Origin: Alphaproteobacteria bacterium
Lineage (GTDB): Bacteria > Pseudomonadota > Alphaproteobacteria > Rs-D84
Assembly (NCBI GenBank): GCA_017615655.1
Contig: JAFZZS010000007.1
Span: forward strand, 59,463-123,462
Direction: 5' to 3'
DNA: 64,000 nucleotides
The translations under genes and the position numbers were made by a program. The notes below the pieces were generated by a model. The model was not told the origin of the DNA, ran no database searches, and saw only the letters and a program-made list of their open reading frames with translations. Of the stretch, positions 1 to 9,906 are shown piece by piece; positions within the stretch are counted from its first letter, which is position 1; every line of letters begins with the position of its first letter.

Positions 1-414
1 ATGCCTTAGTATTGTTTTGTATCTAAAAGTGTTCAGATTACGTCCGCGAATAAATGGGTATTTATAAAATACATATTGCCCTAATTTAATGACCTCTATA
101 TCAAGAACTTGAATTGGTGAAAATGGTGCTAATGCCGCGGTTATACGCTGTTGCAGAATAATTTTTTCATGTGGAATATTGGTGTCAACTTGTTTACGAA
201 CCTTAAAAACATATTTTTTATCGATTATAAATCCGATATTCCATCCGCCTTTGACCATTTTTGTTTTATGAAAGTTCAAGTTTGGAAATGCCTGCTTTAA
301 TGTGTGATATTTGCGGTACCAATCATATAATTTTACCTGACGCAAATATGCACGACGTTGGCGATTTGGTATAAATCGACAGAAAAAGTCACAAATTCTA
401 AAGAACCACATCCA
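1..414 (-). CDS. hypothetical protein, 5'-proximal part only (gene runs off window start)
   Basis: Own translation of the reverse strand gives an uninterrupted frame from ATG at 414 to the window edge (MWMWFFRICDFFCRF...). No recognisable motif. Confidence 0.3.
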
Positions 415-485
415 CATAAATTACCCCTAAAAACTCGTTATTAAATGGTATTGAAAAAAAAGAAAAAAACAAGTAATTTATAGAT

Positions 486-2687
486 ATGTTTAAATCAGGA
501 ACTGTTGTAAAAGTTTTATTACCTAATGTTGTCAATTCCGGGTATGACTATCGTCTGACCGTGGATGCGGATTTGGGATCTTTTGTACGCGTTACATTAA
601 TGAATCGCCCATATATCGGGGTTATTTATGGTGTTGGTGATGGCCAAGTTAGTCCAGAAAAAATCAAAAATATAACGAAAGTATTTTCGTCAAAATTATC
701 TGTTTCCGATTTGCAATGGATAAGCAAGATGTCCGAATGGACTTTGATGACACCGGGCGCCGTACTAAAATTGATTGTGAATGTCCCCGATGCATTTGAC
801 GAACCTCGTACCGAACAATTATATGTTTGTAATACAGAGCATAATGAAACAAAAATAACTGAAAATCGCCAAATGGTACTGGATGCGTTTGATTTGAATG
901 ATAATGAACCAATGTCTGTATCTGATATTCAAAATATTTCGCATGTTAGTCCATCGGTAATCAAGACCATGATTGCACGTAATATGCTGATTCCAACTGC
1001 ATCACGTCATATTGTAAAATCTTTTGCATATGATTATAAAGATGTTGGTAATATAGAATTGAACGCGGAACAAAGTGCCGCCGCGAATAAAATTGGCACC
1101 GATATTATGCGTGGTGGTTTTTCTGTGAATTTGCTTGATGGCATTACAGGCAGTGGCAAGACACAGGTTTATTTTGATTCTGTGTGGCGTGCATACAGTG
1201 CCGGAAAATCGGTATTGTTAATGATGCCGGAAATCGCGCTTACCGCACAATTTATGCAAAGGTTCAAATCACGATTTGGTGCGCCACCTGTGGTATGGCA
1301 CAGTAATCTGACCGCGGCACGTCGTCGTGACATTTGGCGTGGCGTTCTAAGTGGCGAAATAAGAATGTTGGTTGGAACACGCAGTGCATTGTTTCTACCA
1401 TGGCAAAATTTAGGACTAATTGTCGTAGACGAAGAACATGATTCTTCGTACAAGCAGGAAGATATGGGAAACTATCATGGACGCGATATGGCAATTTTAC
1501 GTGGAAAATTGTCAAATTTTCCCGTAGTTTTGGCAAGTGCCACGCCATCCGAAGAAACTATGCACAATGTGGAATTGGGGCGTTATGGGCATATCGTTTT
1601 AAAATCGCGATATGGTGGTGCAGAGTTACCAACAATTCAAACAATTGATTTGCGCGAACATAAACCCATTGACTATCACATTGATTCAGAGAAAGAAGAA
1701 ATGCGTACAGGGGCGCTGTCTCAGGTACTTTGCGATGAAATTGCTGCGACACTGGCAAAGCATCAGCAGGTTATGCTGTTTATAAATCGTCGCGGATTTG
1801 CACCAATAGTTCAATGTAAAAAATGCGGGTGGGTCGCTACGTGCCAAGATTGTTCGGTTAGTATGACATATCATAAAAACCTTGGTAAATTATTATGCCA
1901 TATTTGTGGACGTACAATGGCGTTACCTGATAAATGTCCATCTTGTCATAATGAAGTATCAATGCGTGGAACCGGATTGGAAAAAGTAGAAGAAGAAATT
2001 CATGCAAAATTTCCCCATGCGCGAACTGCATTGGTATCAAGTGATACCATGATGTCGCGTGGGGCATTGGAACGGCTGGTATCCAAAATGGAATCTGGGG
2101 AATTAGATATAGTAATCGGAACACAAATTTTAGCCAAAGGGCACCATTTTCCAAATCTTACGCTTGTTGGTGTTGTAGATAGCGATATTGGATTATTTGG
2201 TACAGATTTTCGTTCTGCGGAACATACGTTTCAGCAATTATTCCAAGTTGCAGGTCGTGCAGGTCGTGGCAAAGTTGCAGGTCGTGTTTTGTTACAAACG
2301 TATCAACCAAATCATCCCGTATTGGTTGCAATCTGTGCAGGTAATCGTGATGAATTTTTGCGCACAGATATGGACGCAAGACGCGGTGCAAAAATGCCAC
2401 CATTTGGTCAACTGATATCTGTTATAATCGAAGCCAAGAAAGAATCTGTATTAAAACAATTTTGTAATGACTTGGCAACAAATGCGCCGAATGTAAATGG
2501 GGCTAAAATAATGGGACCAGTGATGGCGCAACTTTACCAAGTTCGTGGTTGGTTTCGTATGCGCTTCTTGGTTGCAGGGGACGAACGCGCGGCACTACAG
2601 CCAACAGTAAAAAAATGGCTGGAACGTGTTCGGGTCCCATATAATGTACGTGTGAAAATTGATGTTAATCCACAAAACTTTATGTAA
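486..2687 (+). CDS. priA: primosomal protein N' (PriA replication-restart helicase)
   Basis: 733 aa; Walker A GSGKT; DEEH box; C-terminal Cys4 zinc-binding cluster (CKKCGW...CQDC...CHICG...CPSC) typical of PriA. Confidence 0.93.
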   Translation: MFKSGTVVKVLLPNVVNSGYDYRLTVDADLGSFVRVTLMNRPYIGVIYGVGDGQVSPEKIKNITKVFSSKLSVSDLQWISKMSEWTLMTPGAVLKLIVNVPDAFDEPRTEQLYVCNTEHNETKITENRQMVLDAFDLNDNEPMSVSDIQNISHVSPSVIKTMIARNMLIPTASRHIVKSFAYDYKDVGNIELNAEQSAAANKIGTDIMRGGFSVNLLDGITGSGKTQVYFDSVWRAYSAGKSVLLMMPEIALTAQFMQRFKSRFGAPPVVWHSNLTAARRRDIWRGVLSGEIRMLVGTRSALFLPWQNLGLIVVDEEHDSSYKQEDMGNYHGRDMAILRGKLSNFPVVLASATPSEETMHNVELGRYGHIVLKSRYGGAELPTIQTIDLREHKPIDYHIDSEKEEMRTGALSQVLCDEIAATLAKHQQVMLFINRRGFAPIVQCKKCGWVATCQDCSVSMTYHKNLGKLLCHICGRTMALPDKCPSCHNEVSMRGTGLEKVEEEIHAKFPHARTALVSSDTMMSRGALERLVSKMESGELDIVIGTQILAKGHHFPNLTLVGVVDSDIGLFGTDFRSAEHTFQQLFQVAGRAGRGKVAGRVLLQTYQPNHPVLVAICAGNRDEFLRTDMDARRGAKMPPFGQLISVIIEAKKESVLKQFCNDLATNAPNVNGAKIMGPVMAQLYQVRGWFRMRFLVAGDERAALQPTVKKWLERVRVPYNVRVKIDVNPQNFM

Positions 2688-2691
2688 AAAA

Positions 2692-2717
2692 ACACCTGCA
2701 TGTGCAGGTGTTTTTTA
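2692..2717. terminator. bidirectional rho-independent terminator
   Basis: Hairpin acacctgca-tg-tgcaggtgt flanked by an A-run and a T-run, between convergent priA and the 2715..3131 ORF. Confidence 0.8.
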
Positions 2718-3131
2718 TTTGCCACGTGATTGTTGAACTGGGAAATTTTGTCTTCTTATAACCTTTCGAATTGCAACAAAAATTTTGGCCAATCTGCCTT
2801 CTTTTTGTTCTTTGTTCGCCAAATCCGCAATAACTTTTTCTTCTTTTCCATCACTAAAGTCTGTATTAGTAGCAAAAGATTTAGCACGTTTAACAGATTC
2901 TAACCAATTCAACGTGCTGTATGTAATATTCGTAGAATTTGGATCATACCGTTGCATTTCTAATTCGTTTAAAATATTACGGCATTTATCAATTGCGGCA
3001 TCCATTGTGCGTTCAAATTTTTCTGTATTTATTACTTTACCTGTTTCATCCATGGCACCTGTATTTTGTAATTCTTGTTTTAAAGTGCTTGTAATTTCAT
3101 CAAGTTGTTTTTGTGTATCTAGGTAACTCAT
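2715..3131 (-). CDS. hypothetical protein (downstream of virB11-like gene)
   Basis: 138 aa ORF, charged and coiled-coil-like; no recognisable motif. Confidence 0.4.
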   Translation of the reverse strand: MSYLDTQKQLDEITSTLKQELQNTGAMDETGKVINTEKFERTMDAAIDKCRNILNELEMQRYDPNSTNITYSTLNWLESVKRAKSFATNTDFSDGKEEKVIADLANKEQKEGRLAKIFVAIRKVIRRQNFPVQQSRGK

Positions 3132-3156
3132 TTTTTACTCCTTTTTATATCTTTTG

Positions 3157-4152
3157 TTATACAACCTCGGTTACGGCGCGCAAAGAACCATCGCGTGAGA
3201 GTTGCACAACACGTATCTTTTGCTTCATTTCTGTAATTAATTCTGTACGATCATATGCAGGTTGCGTGTGTAAAATCCGGTCGGCAAAAGCGGCATACGC
3301 GGCATCAGCACTTTCGGCATGAATTGTCGTATAAAAATGTTCGTGCCCTGTGCCCAGCATTTCCCACATTACCGCGGCATTGTCTGTTGAAATTTCACCA
3401 CCAATTATCACATCTGGGGTCATACGAACCACCAAATCAAGCAATCTTGCATAATTAAAATTATTTGTTTGCTCGGTACGCGAAAGTACAAAATGAACAC
3501 GATTTTTTTGTGGAACAATAACTTCACGTGCATCTTCAACCGTAATAACGCGACAATTCTGATCAATAAGCGTCAACATGTGGTTTAAAAATGTCGTTTT
3601 GCCGGTTGCGGTTGCGCCACTTATTAAAATTGGACTGCCGTCATTTATGGCTGACATTAATCTATCATAAGGGTCATCTGGGCGTGTTGTTTCGCGTGGC
3701 TTCACCTTTAAAAGTTGTTCGCCATGTTTAAGATGATAATTTTCAAATGATGTTTCTGAAACCCCGCCACCACGAATATTAAGTGCCACACCACCTGTTA
3801 CATCACGTTCATCATATTGAACATTTGGACCCGCAATTGCGCTAAAACGATGATTACCGGGTAATGTCGCGTACACAACCGGCATCCCATGAATCGGATC
3901 AAATGGGCGTTCGTATATATTAGCAATCGTATGTATCAGGTCCACAAGGTACTGTTTTGATAATACCGGGGCGTCATATGCAACCCATGGAACGCGTGCA
4001 CCATGCAGGCGCATCCATACCTCACCCTCGTGATTTATCGCAATTTCTTCAACAAAAGACGGGCGATAAAAGTCCGATAAGGGTTTTAATAAAGAATCTA
4101 GTACAACATTTGACATCAAAATCATTTTATCATAAATCCTGACTTGAATCAA
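3157..4152 (-). CDS. virB11: type IV secretion ATPase, VirB11/TrbB family
   Basis: N-terminal LLKPLSDFYRPSFVEEIAINHEGEVW matches VirB11 LLKPILEWLDDPKTEEIAINRPGEAFV. Walker A LISGATATGKTT; RVITVEDAREV; RMTPDVIIGGEIS; TIHAESA (VirB11 TIHGANP). Length 331 aa. Confidence 0.85.
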   Translation of the reverse strand: MIQVRIYDKMILMSNVVLDSLLKPLSDFYRPSFVEEIAINHEGEVWMRLHGARVPWVAYDAPVLSKQYLVDLIHTIANIYERPFDPIHGMPVVYATLPGNHRFSAIAGPNVQYDERDVTGGVALNIRGGGVSETSFENYHLKHGEQLLKVKPRETTRPDDPYDRLMSAINDGSPILISGATATGKTTFLNHMLTLIDQNCRVITVEDAREVIVPQKNRVHFVLSRTEQTNNFNYARLLDLVVRMTPDVIIGGEISTDNAAVMWEMLGTGHEHFYTTIHAESADAAYAAFADRILHTQPAYDRTELITEMKQKIRVVQLSRDGSLRAVTEVV

Positions 4153-4192
4153 AAGAGTTTATTTGATAAAATACAAAAAAAGAGAGAAAAAT

Positions 4193-4750
4193 ATGAAAAA
4201 ATCATTTTTACTTATTTTGTGCTCGTTGCTTGCGTTTGCAGGCTGTGCAAGCGATACACCGTACAATGTTGACGATTTCGCAAATGGCGGCGAAGATGCC
4301 CCGATATATAATGAACGTACAAGTACATTCATGCAGGCAGATAATCCATTTGCAAGTGTAGATTCCTATCGACCAAAAACTGAAATAGAAAAAGAAGAAA
4401 TGAATAAACGGTGGAATACGTCTCGTATGGAGACCCGTTGGCAAGAATACAAGGGTGTTATGGTTCGTGTGCAAATACTACTTGGCAACACCGATTTACG
4501 TGAAATGCGTTTACGTTTAATGCAAAATGCTGATGGTATGGATGTTGATGGTGATATTCGTACCGTGTTAAGCAAAGTGGCTGATTATGAAATGAAACGT
4601 GTTTGTGGGCGTAATGCCGATAGCATAGTTTTAGTTTATGATAAACCATCATTTGAATCTACACGTCCTACGCCGTTTTTTGACTATCGCATAGAGGCTG
4701 ATGGTGTCACAATGCGCGAATACGGCTTTAGATGCGTTTTTAACAATTAA
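4193..4750 (+). CDS. lipoprotein of unknown function
   Basis: MKKSFLLILCSLLAFAGCASD signal peptide with lipobox LAFAGC. ORF track starts earlier at 4163; the signal peptide begins at the internal Met. Confidence 0.55.
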   Translation: MKKSFLLILCSLLAFAGCASDTPYNVDDFANGGEDAPIYNERTSTFMQADNPFASVDSYRPKTEIEKEEMNKRWNTSRMETRWQEYKGVMVRVQILLGNTDLREMRLRLMQNADGMDVDGDIRTVLSKVADYEMKRVCGRNADSIVLVYDKPSFESTRPTPFFDYRIEADGVTMREYGFRCVFNN

Positions 4751-4772
4751 ACAAAAAACAAAAGGAAAAAAA

Positions 4773-5105
4773 ATGAAGAAAATATTAAGTGTTTTCGGTG
4801 TGTGTGGTGCGCTTTTTTGCGCGGGTTGCGATGCAGGCGATATGACCGCACAGCAGGGTGATACAGTAATTATCAATTTTGCGGGTTACCTGGATGGTGT
4901 TCAATTTCCAGGAGGAACCGCAGAATCGTATCCATTAGTATTAGGGTCGGGTGCATTTGTTCCAGGCTTTGAGGATCAGTTGGTTGGTGCCAAGAAGGGC
5001 GAAGAACGTGATGTAAATATTACATTCCCAACGCAGTATGTCCCAGATTTGGCCGGAAAAGATGTTGTGTTCAAAGTAAAAGTACTGGACATCAAAAAGA
5101 AATAA
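4773..5105 (+). CDS. FKBP-type peptidyl-prolyl cis-trans isomerase, lipoprotein
   Basis: Signal/lipobox MKKILSVFGVCGALFCAGC. FKBP core INFAGYLDGVQF...GSGAFVPGFEDQLVGAKKGEERDVNITFP. Good RBS aaaaggaaaaaaaATG. The ORF-track start at 4701 is probably too far upstream. Confidence 0.75.
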   Translation: MKKILSVFGVCGALFCAGCDAGDMTAQQGDTVIINFAGYLDGVQFPGGTAESYPLVLGSGAFVPGFEDQLVGAKKGEERDVNITFPTQYVPDLAGKDVVFKVKVLDIKKK

Positions 5106-5117
5106 TGTTCACGATAT

Positions 5118-5150
5118 AAAAAGATGCCGGATTTTTTCCGGCATCTTTTT
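5118..5150. terminator. bidirectional rho-independent terminator
   Basis: aaaagatgccgga-ttttt-tccggcatctttt between convergent genes. Confidence 0.8.
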
Positions 5151-5943
5151 ATTTTCGTTTTTCACGCATTTCATTAACCAATTGTTCAAATTCGGCAAAT
5201 GATTTTATTCGTGTCAATTTATATGTTGATATTTTTACATTAAGATCGTTCAAAATTACACTTTGCCAATAGTTCATAGACAATGCCGCGCGAATCGTAG
5301 CCCATAATGGATTGATAGATTCATTTTCAATGCGTGAATCTGGCGCTTTGCCTTGGGCAATAAAAGATTGTTCTGCGGCATTACCAATATTATAAATTCG
5401 CATGCCAATATCTATTTTGATATCAAAAAACCTTTCCAATTCCTTTAATTTACTGGTCAATTTGGTAGAATCAAATCCAAATTCTTGGGTCTCACGTATA
5501 AGGTCACTAATTTTTTCTGTTGATTGAACTGGGCGCCCACAAGCAGTTTTAATGTTACCAAGAATATAACTAAAAATCATACGGCGGTTCCATTGTTTTC
5601 CTTTGCCGGATGTTTTTTTAACAACAGGTGTAGGTACACTGGGCACTTCGGGTATTTTTGTCGAATCTGATGTTTTATTTAGTTTGTTTTTTGAATTTAA
5701 TATAAATATAAAAACAACAGTGTAAAGTTCTGTTACCGTCATATCAGATATATTTCGTGATATATTCAATTTGAATTGGTTCCTGATTCGTTCTTTAATA
5801 AGGGCGATGTCTTCGGGAAATGTAATTATCTCGGATATTCTTGAAAGCGGATTAATAGTTTCGGCAAAGGTAGAATTTAATAAAATATTATTTACTTGCC
5901 TTTTAATAACAGCTTTAAGTTCTTGTGGTGTATTCGGTGCCAT
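5149..5943 (-). CDS. hypothetical protein
   Basis: 264 aa ORF, no recognisable motif; same strand as lpxI and the 136-aa ORF. Confidence 0.4.
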   Translation of the reverse strand: MAPNTPQELKAVIKRQVNNILLNSTFAETINPLSRISEIITFPEDIALIKERIRNQFKLNISRNISDMTVTELYTVVFIFILNSKNKLNKTSDSTKIPEVPSVPTPVVKKTSGKGKQWNRRMIFSYILGNIKTACGRPVQSTEKISDLIRETQEFGFDSTKLTSKLKELERFFDIKIDIGMRIYNIGNAAEQSFIAQGKAPDSRIENESINPLWATIRAALSMNYWQSVILNDLNVKISTYKLTRIKSFAEFEQLVNEMREKRK

Positions 5944-5957
5944 GAATTCTTCCCCAA

Positions 5958-6368
5958 TTATCTATTTTTATCACGTGCTTTGACAACAGCATTTTCCATC
6001 ATTAAATTACCAGTGTTTGTGCTGTCATATGGTGTATCGACCATACGTCCCCGTTTAGACAGTGACCATTCCGCTATGGATGCGATGTCGTCCATTGTAT
6101 AAGATGCATAAATCTTGATTTTAAATGCGTTTTCTATATGACGTAATTGTTTGGTGAGTTTTGCAATTTTCACTGCGGTTTCATCAAATTCTGCTTCGTA
6201 TAGCATACGACCGATTATCTCGTCCGGGGCAACGTACCGGTGCATAGCATGCCCAATACGGTATGTTATCATATCGTATATTTGGCGCGTTGTCCAAAAG
6301 GGGCGGGGTTTTAATTTTGGTGTAAAACTTTCGTCCGGTGAACATAAAGAGTCAGTATATTCGTCCAT
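5958..6368 (-). CDS. hypothetical protein
   Basis: 136 aa ORF, no motif recognised. Confidence 0.4.
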   Translation of the reverse strand: MDEYTDSLCSPDESFTPKLKPRPFWTTRQIYDMITYRIGHAMHRYVAPDEIIGRMLYEAEFDETAVKIAKLTKQLRHIENAFKIKIYASYTMDDIASIAEWSLSKRGRMVDTPYDSTNTGNLMMENAVVKARDKNR

Positions 6369-6427
6369 TTTATCCTCTATGCAATTACAACGGAAATATT
6401 AAACAAATAAATTATATTGTCAACAAA

Positions 6428-7252
6428 TTATTCATTAACCGCTATTATAAAAATACCCCGTTTATCCGCAGTTTTGATAACATTTTGTTTGTCCACAATA
6501 AAGCAGGTTTTCGCATTAACCACAATACCTTTTAACTTTGCATCGGCAACCGCATTTACTGTGTCCACACCAATAGCGGGAATATCTATGCGCAAATCCT
6601 GTCCAGGTTTCGTCATTTTTGCAAAAACCCCACTGTTCTTTTTGTGGTTTTTACGCATTTTTACAACACGGTCTAGCATTTTGGCGGTTCCTTCAGCTGC
6701 CTCGACTGCGATAACCTGCTTGTCAACAACCACAGATGCGCCGATGTCTTGACCTCCTATGATATGTGATACCTCGATTGCGCGATCAATATTTTTCTTA
6801 TCGTTGCGAGTCGGCTTGTGTTTAGTCATGCATCCTGCATGCTCAAACGTCAGTTCTGGCGCTAAATCCTGTGCCGCAACTACTTGGTATCCAGAACGTT
6901 CAAGTGTTTTTGTAAATGCAACAGCCATTGAATCATACCCCCGTTGATTTTTTAGTATACGAAAAAGTGCGAAAAATGTCCACAAATCCGGACGTAAATC
7001 TGAAAAGTTCGGATGTCCCAACGCACCAACAAACGTCATTTTGTTTATTCCGCGTCGTCTGAATTCACGTAATGCATGGCCGCCGCCGCCAAGCCGAACA
7101 ACCATATCAGGCTTAAGCCTTTTGTCGTAAAAGTTCTTTAATCCAACGACAAAAACATCCCATCCGTTTTTTCTTAACGCATCACGCGTATAAAACGGTA
7201 AATCAAGCGCACCCGCCACCAAAGCTATCTTTTTATTATCGTATTTCATCAT
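6428..7252 (-). CDS. lpxI: UDP-2,3-diacylglucosamine pyrophosphatase LpxI (DUF1009 family)
   Basis: 274 aa; KIALVAG...G start and GGGG loop (RLGGGGHALREFRRRG) as in alphaproteobacterial LpxI, which replaces LpxH in that class. Confidence 0.7.
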   Translation of the reverse strand: MMKYDNKKIALVAGALDLPFYTRDALRKNGWDVFVVGLKNFYDKRLKPDMVVRLGGGGHALREFRRRGINKMTFVGALGHPNFSDLRPDLWTFFALFRILKNQRGYDSMAVAFTKTLERSGYQVVAAQDLAPELTFEHAGCMTKHKPTRNDKKNIDRAIEVSHIIGGQDIGASVVVDKQVIAVEAAEGTAKMLDRVVKMRKNHKKNSGVFAKMTKPGQDLRIDIPAIGVDTVNAVADAKLKGIVVNAKTCFIVDKQNVIKTADKRGIFIIAVNE

Positions 7253-7333
7253 ATTAATGATATGTTAAGCATAAATCAGACTGGAATCAAGTTAGTTTTT
7301 ATGATACAATCAATACGATAGAACGAGTGTCAA

Positions 7334-8293
7334 ATGAAGAATAAATCCTGTTTTGCAATATCACTTGCGTGCATCGTTGCCTGTATGAACGCTGATGCTA
7401 CAAGTCAAAGTCGTCAGTTTAAAAATGAAATTCGGGATGGTTTATCGCCCATTGATCAAGAGTATGTCAATGCCCCTGCGTATTCATATGCGCCGTATAT
7501 TCCCGAAGATACATACGTTCCATATAATCCAAATGCGTATGTATGTTCATGCGCAAACGATATTCCTGTGTATGCAAATGAATTAAATGTTTCAGAGCCT
7601 GCGTATGAAACAGAGGCTTCTACGTGCCCATGTGCAAATGAAGTTGTGGATGCATCGATACCTAATCAAGACGATTATTACGAGGCAGTAAATCAAGAAG
7701 TTTTTTATGATGATGTCGCATATAAGGATATTGAATATGATACATTTGTTCCAACAAGTATGTATTTGCGTATTGGTGGTGGAATGAATCTTGCGATGGC
7801 TACGACAAAAGCACGTGTGGCCGATGAAAAATTTAAGTCAAAAAATTCATGGAATGTATTACTGGGACTGGGGTGGAATTTGTCACCGTATGTGCGTACA
7901 GAAATAGAATTCCAAGATTCTGAATTCAAGTTCAAAGATTTAAAAGATGCCAGTGCAACTTATCATATGCTTAATGGAATGTTCTATTTTGATTTTATCC
8001 GTCGTTATGTACAAGATGGTGGTATGGCATATCGTCGCACGTTTGTGCCATTTTTGGGAATCGGGGCCGGCATTGGTGAATATGATTTTTCTGGATCAAA
8101 TGGCAGTGACGGACTGGTTATCGCGGCACCACGTGCTGAATTGGGTTTCAATTTAATGATAACTGAATTAATTGGTATTGATATTGCGTATCAATATCAA
8201 ATGATGATAGATAAGGGTTTCGGTTGGAATACAAAGCGCACGGGTGTTGATCATATTAGTAATGTTATGGCAACATTTCGTGTGAATTTCTGA
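7334..8293 (+). CDS. outer-membrane beta-barrel protein (Omp25/OmpA-like surface antigen family) with Cys/Tyr-Pro-rich N-terminal extension
   Basis: Signal peptide; alternating amphipathic strands; C-terminal ...TFRVNF ending in Phe. Paralogous to the 8307 and 38381 genes. Confidence 0.65.
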   Translation: MKNKSCFAISLACIVACMNADATSQSRQFKNEIRDGLSPIDQEYVNAPAYSYAPYIPEDTYVPYNPNAYVCSCANDIPVYANELNVSEPAYETEASTCPCANEVVDASIPNQDDYYEAVNQEVFYDDVAYKDIEYDTFVPTSMYLRIGGGMNLAMATTKARVADEKFKSKNSWNVLLGLGWNLSPYVRTEIEFQDSEFKFKDLKDASATYHMLNGMFYFDFIRRYVQDGGMAYRRTFVPFLGIGAGIGEYDFSGSNGSDGLVIAAPRAELGFNLMITELIGIDIAYQYQMMIDKGFGWNTKRTGVDHISNVMATFRVNF

Positions 8294-8306
8294 TAAGGAA
8301 TGTGTT

Positions 8307-8942
8307 ATGAAAAAGATATTATTTTGCTTATTGTGTATACTGCCAATGACCGCTGGTGCAGATGTTATTTATGATACCCAGCAAGCCAGCTACACGACCA
8401 GGGTTACCAAAAACAGCGATGCTTTTGCATCGGTGCACAGGTTTTACCTTGGCGCCATGTACGATTTTTCAATGTGGATGGATTATGTCGGGGATTCGGA
8501 TATTGCACATGGTAAAAATGTGTCGGGTTTCGATATTGTTGCCGGCTTTCGACCATACGATATAATTCGTATCGAGGCTGATTATATGAACACGCGTGCA
8601 AAATGGGATTTGTTTGCTATAAACGCAAATACATTGTTCATTAATACAATTGTTGATGCACGTATAGATAATCTTTACCGCACGTTTTATAAACAGCACT
8701 TAGTCCCATATGTCGGTGCAGGGGTGGGGTTGACGTGGACCGGCAGTGACGATGTTAACGTAAAGAATGATACAGGTGTATCGGTTGCGGCAATGGCAGG
8801 ACTAGGAATAGAATGTAGCGAATATTTTACGATTGATTTAGGATATCGCTATGTTTACATGTTCAAACCAAAAATTGAGCCGATGCCTGATTTGAACCCG
8901 GCGTCACATCAGATTCGTGCCGGTGTAAGAGTAAATTTCTAG
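8307..8942 (+). CDS. outer-membrane beta-barrel protein (8-strand Omp25/OmpW-like paralogue)
   Basis: Signal peptide MKKILFCLLCILPMTAGA; YVGAGVGLTW glycine strand; C-terminal IRAGVRVNF. Confidence 0.65.
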   Translation: MKKILFCLLCILPMTAGADVIYDTQQASYTTRVTKNSDAFASVHRFYLGAMYDFSMWMDYVGDSDIAHGKNVSGFDIVAGFRPYDIIRIEADYMNTRAKWDLFAINANTLFINTIVDARIDNLYRTFYKQHLVPYVGAGVGLTWTGSDDVNVKNDTGVSVAAMAGLGIECSEYFTIDLGYRYVYMFKPKIEPMPDLNPASHQIRAGVRVNF

Positions 8943-8952
8943 GAATTGTCCT

Positions 8953-9876
8953 ATGAGTCTGTGTCCGTTGTTTTCAGTATGTGGTGGTTGTAAATTTGAT
9001 TTTACGTCGCCCGAATATCGCAAAGGCAAACAACAATTATTGAAACAATGGCCTAATGTTGCGCAGTTTTTTTGGACACCTGCTGGATGTCGCCGCCGTG
9101 CCGATTTTTGCTTTTCAGATAGCGAATTCGGTTTTTTTGAACGTGGAACCAAAAATATTGTACCTGTAAAGACATGTCCGAATCTTGTTTCAGATATAAA
9201 TTTATTAATACCTAAATTAGCAAAATTGCCATGGGGATGCGCAGGTTCCGCATTAGTTACAGCATGTGAAAATGGTATAGATTTAGCGGTAATATCAAAC
9301 GTACCATATTTTACGCGTGAATTTAAGGATGCTGTTCAGAAATTGGATTTACTGCGTGTGTCGTGGAATGGTGCTATTGTGGTTCAAAAGGCGATTCCAC
9401 GGATAAGATTTAATAATTTTGTTGTTGATTATCCTGTGGGGGCATTTCTGCAACCAACAACAGAAAGTGAAAGTGCTATGCGTGATTTTGTAATTAAACA
9501 TGCGTCAGGTGCCCGACATATTGCAGATTTATTTTGTGGTATTGGTAATTTTACTTATGCTCTTGCTGCAGATGGGTTTGATATTGCAGGAATCGGGGTA
9601 AAGCGGGATTTGTTTAAAAATCCACTTACTATAAAAATGCTAAATACATATGACTTAATTGTAATGGATCCGCCACGTGCAGGTGCATTAGCCCAGGTAC
9701 GTGAATTGGCGCAATCCTTGGTTCCAAAAGTTATATATGTTTCTTGTAATCCTGTGACACTACGGCGAGATACAGGAATATTACTTAAGGCGGGGTATAA
9801 AATTACAGATATTGCCGCATTTGACCAATTTGTTGGTACGGATCACTGGGAATTAGTCGTTGTTTTTGAAAAATAA
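8953..9876 (+). CDS. RNA (uracil-5)-methyltransferase, TrmA/RumA family (no TRAM domain)
   Basis: N-terminal Cys cluster CPLFSVCGGCKF (Fe-S); SAM motif DLFCGIGNF; catalytic motif IVMDPPRAG; C-terminal nucleophile region. Confidence 0.8.
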   Translation: MSLCPLFSVCGGCKFDFTSPEYRKGKQQLLKQWPNVAQFFWTPAGCRRRADFCFSDSEFGFFERGTKNIVPVKTCPNLVSDINLLIPKLAKLPWGCAGSALVTACENGIDLAVISNVPYFTREFKDAVQKLDLLRVSWNGAIVVQKAIPRIRFNNFVVDYPVGAFLQPTTESESAMRDFVIKHASGARHIADLFCGIGNFTYALAADGFDIAGIGVKRDLFKNPLTIKMLNTYDLIVMDPPRAGALAQVRELAQSLVPKVIYVSCNPVTLRRDTGILLKAGYKITDIAAFDQFVGTDHWELVVVFEK

Positions 9877-9881
9877 AAAAA

Positions 9882-9905
9882 CACCGCCGTTTCCGGCGGT
9901 ATTTC
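9882..9905 (+). terminator. rho-independent terminator
   Basis: ccgccg-tttc-cggcgg followed by tattt. Confidence 0.75.
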
Positions 9906-9906
9906 C

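Noticed and set aside
664-2403. Multiple 60-100 aa reverse-strand and alternate-frame ORFs inside priA
   Set aside because: They are nested inside a long, motif-rich PriA frame, have no RBS or motifs, and are typical AT-rich spurious ORFs.
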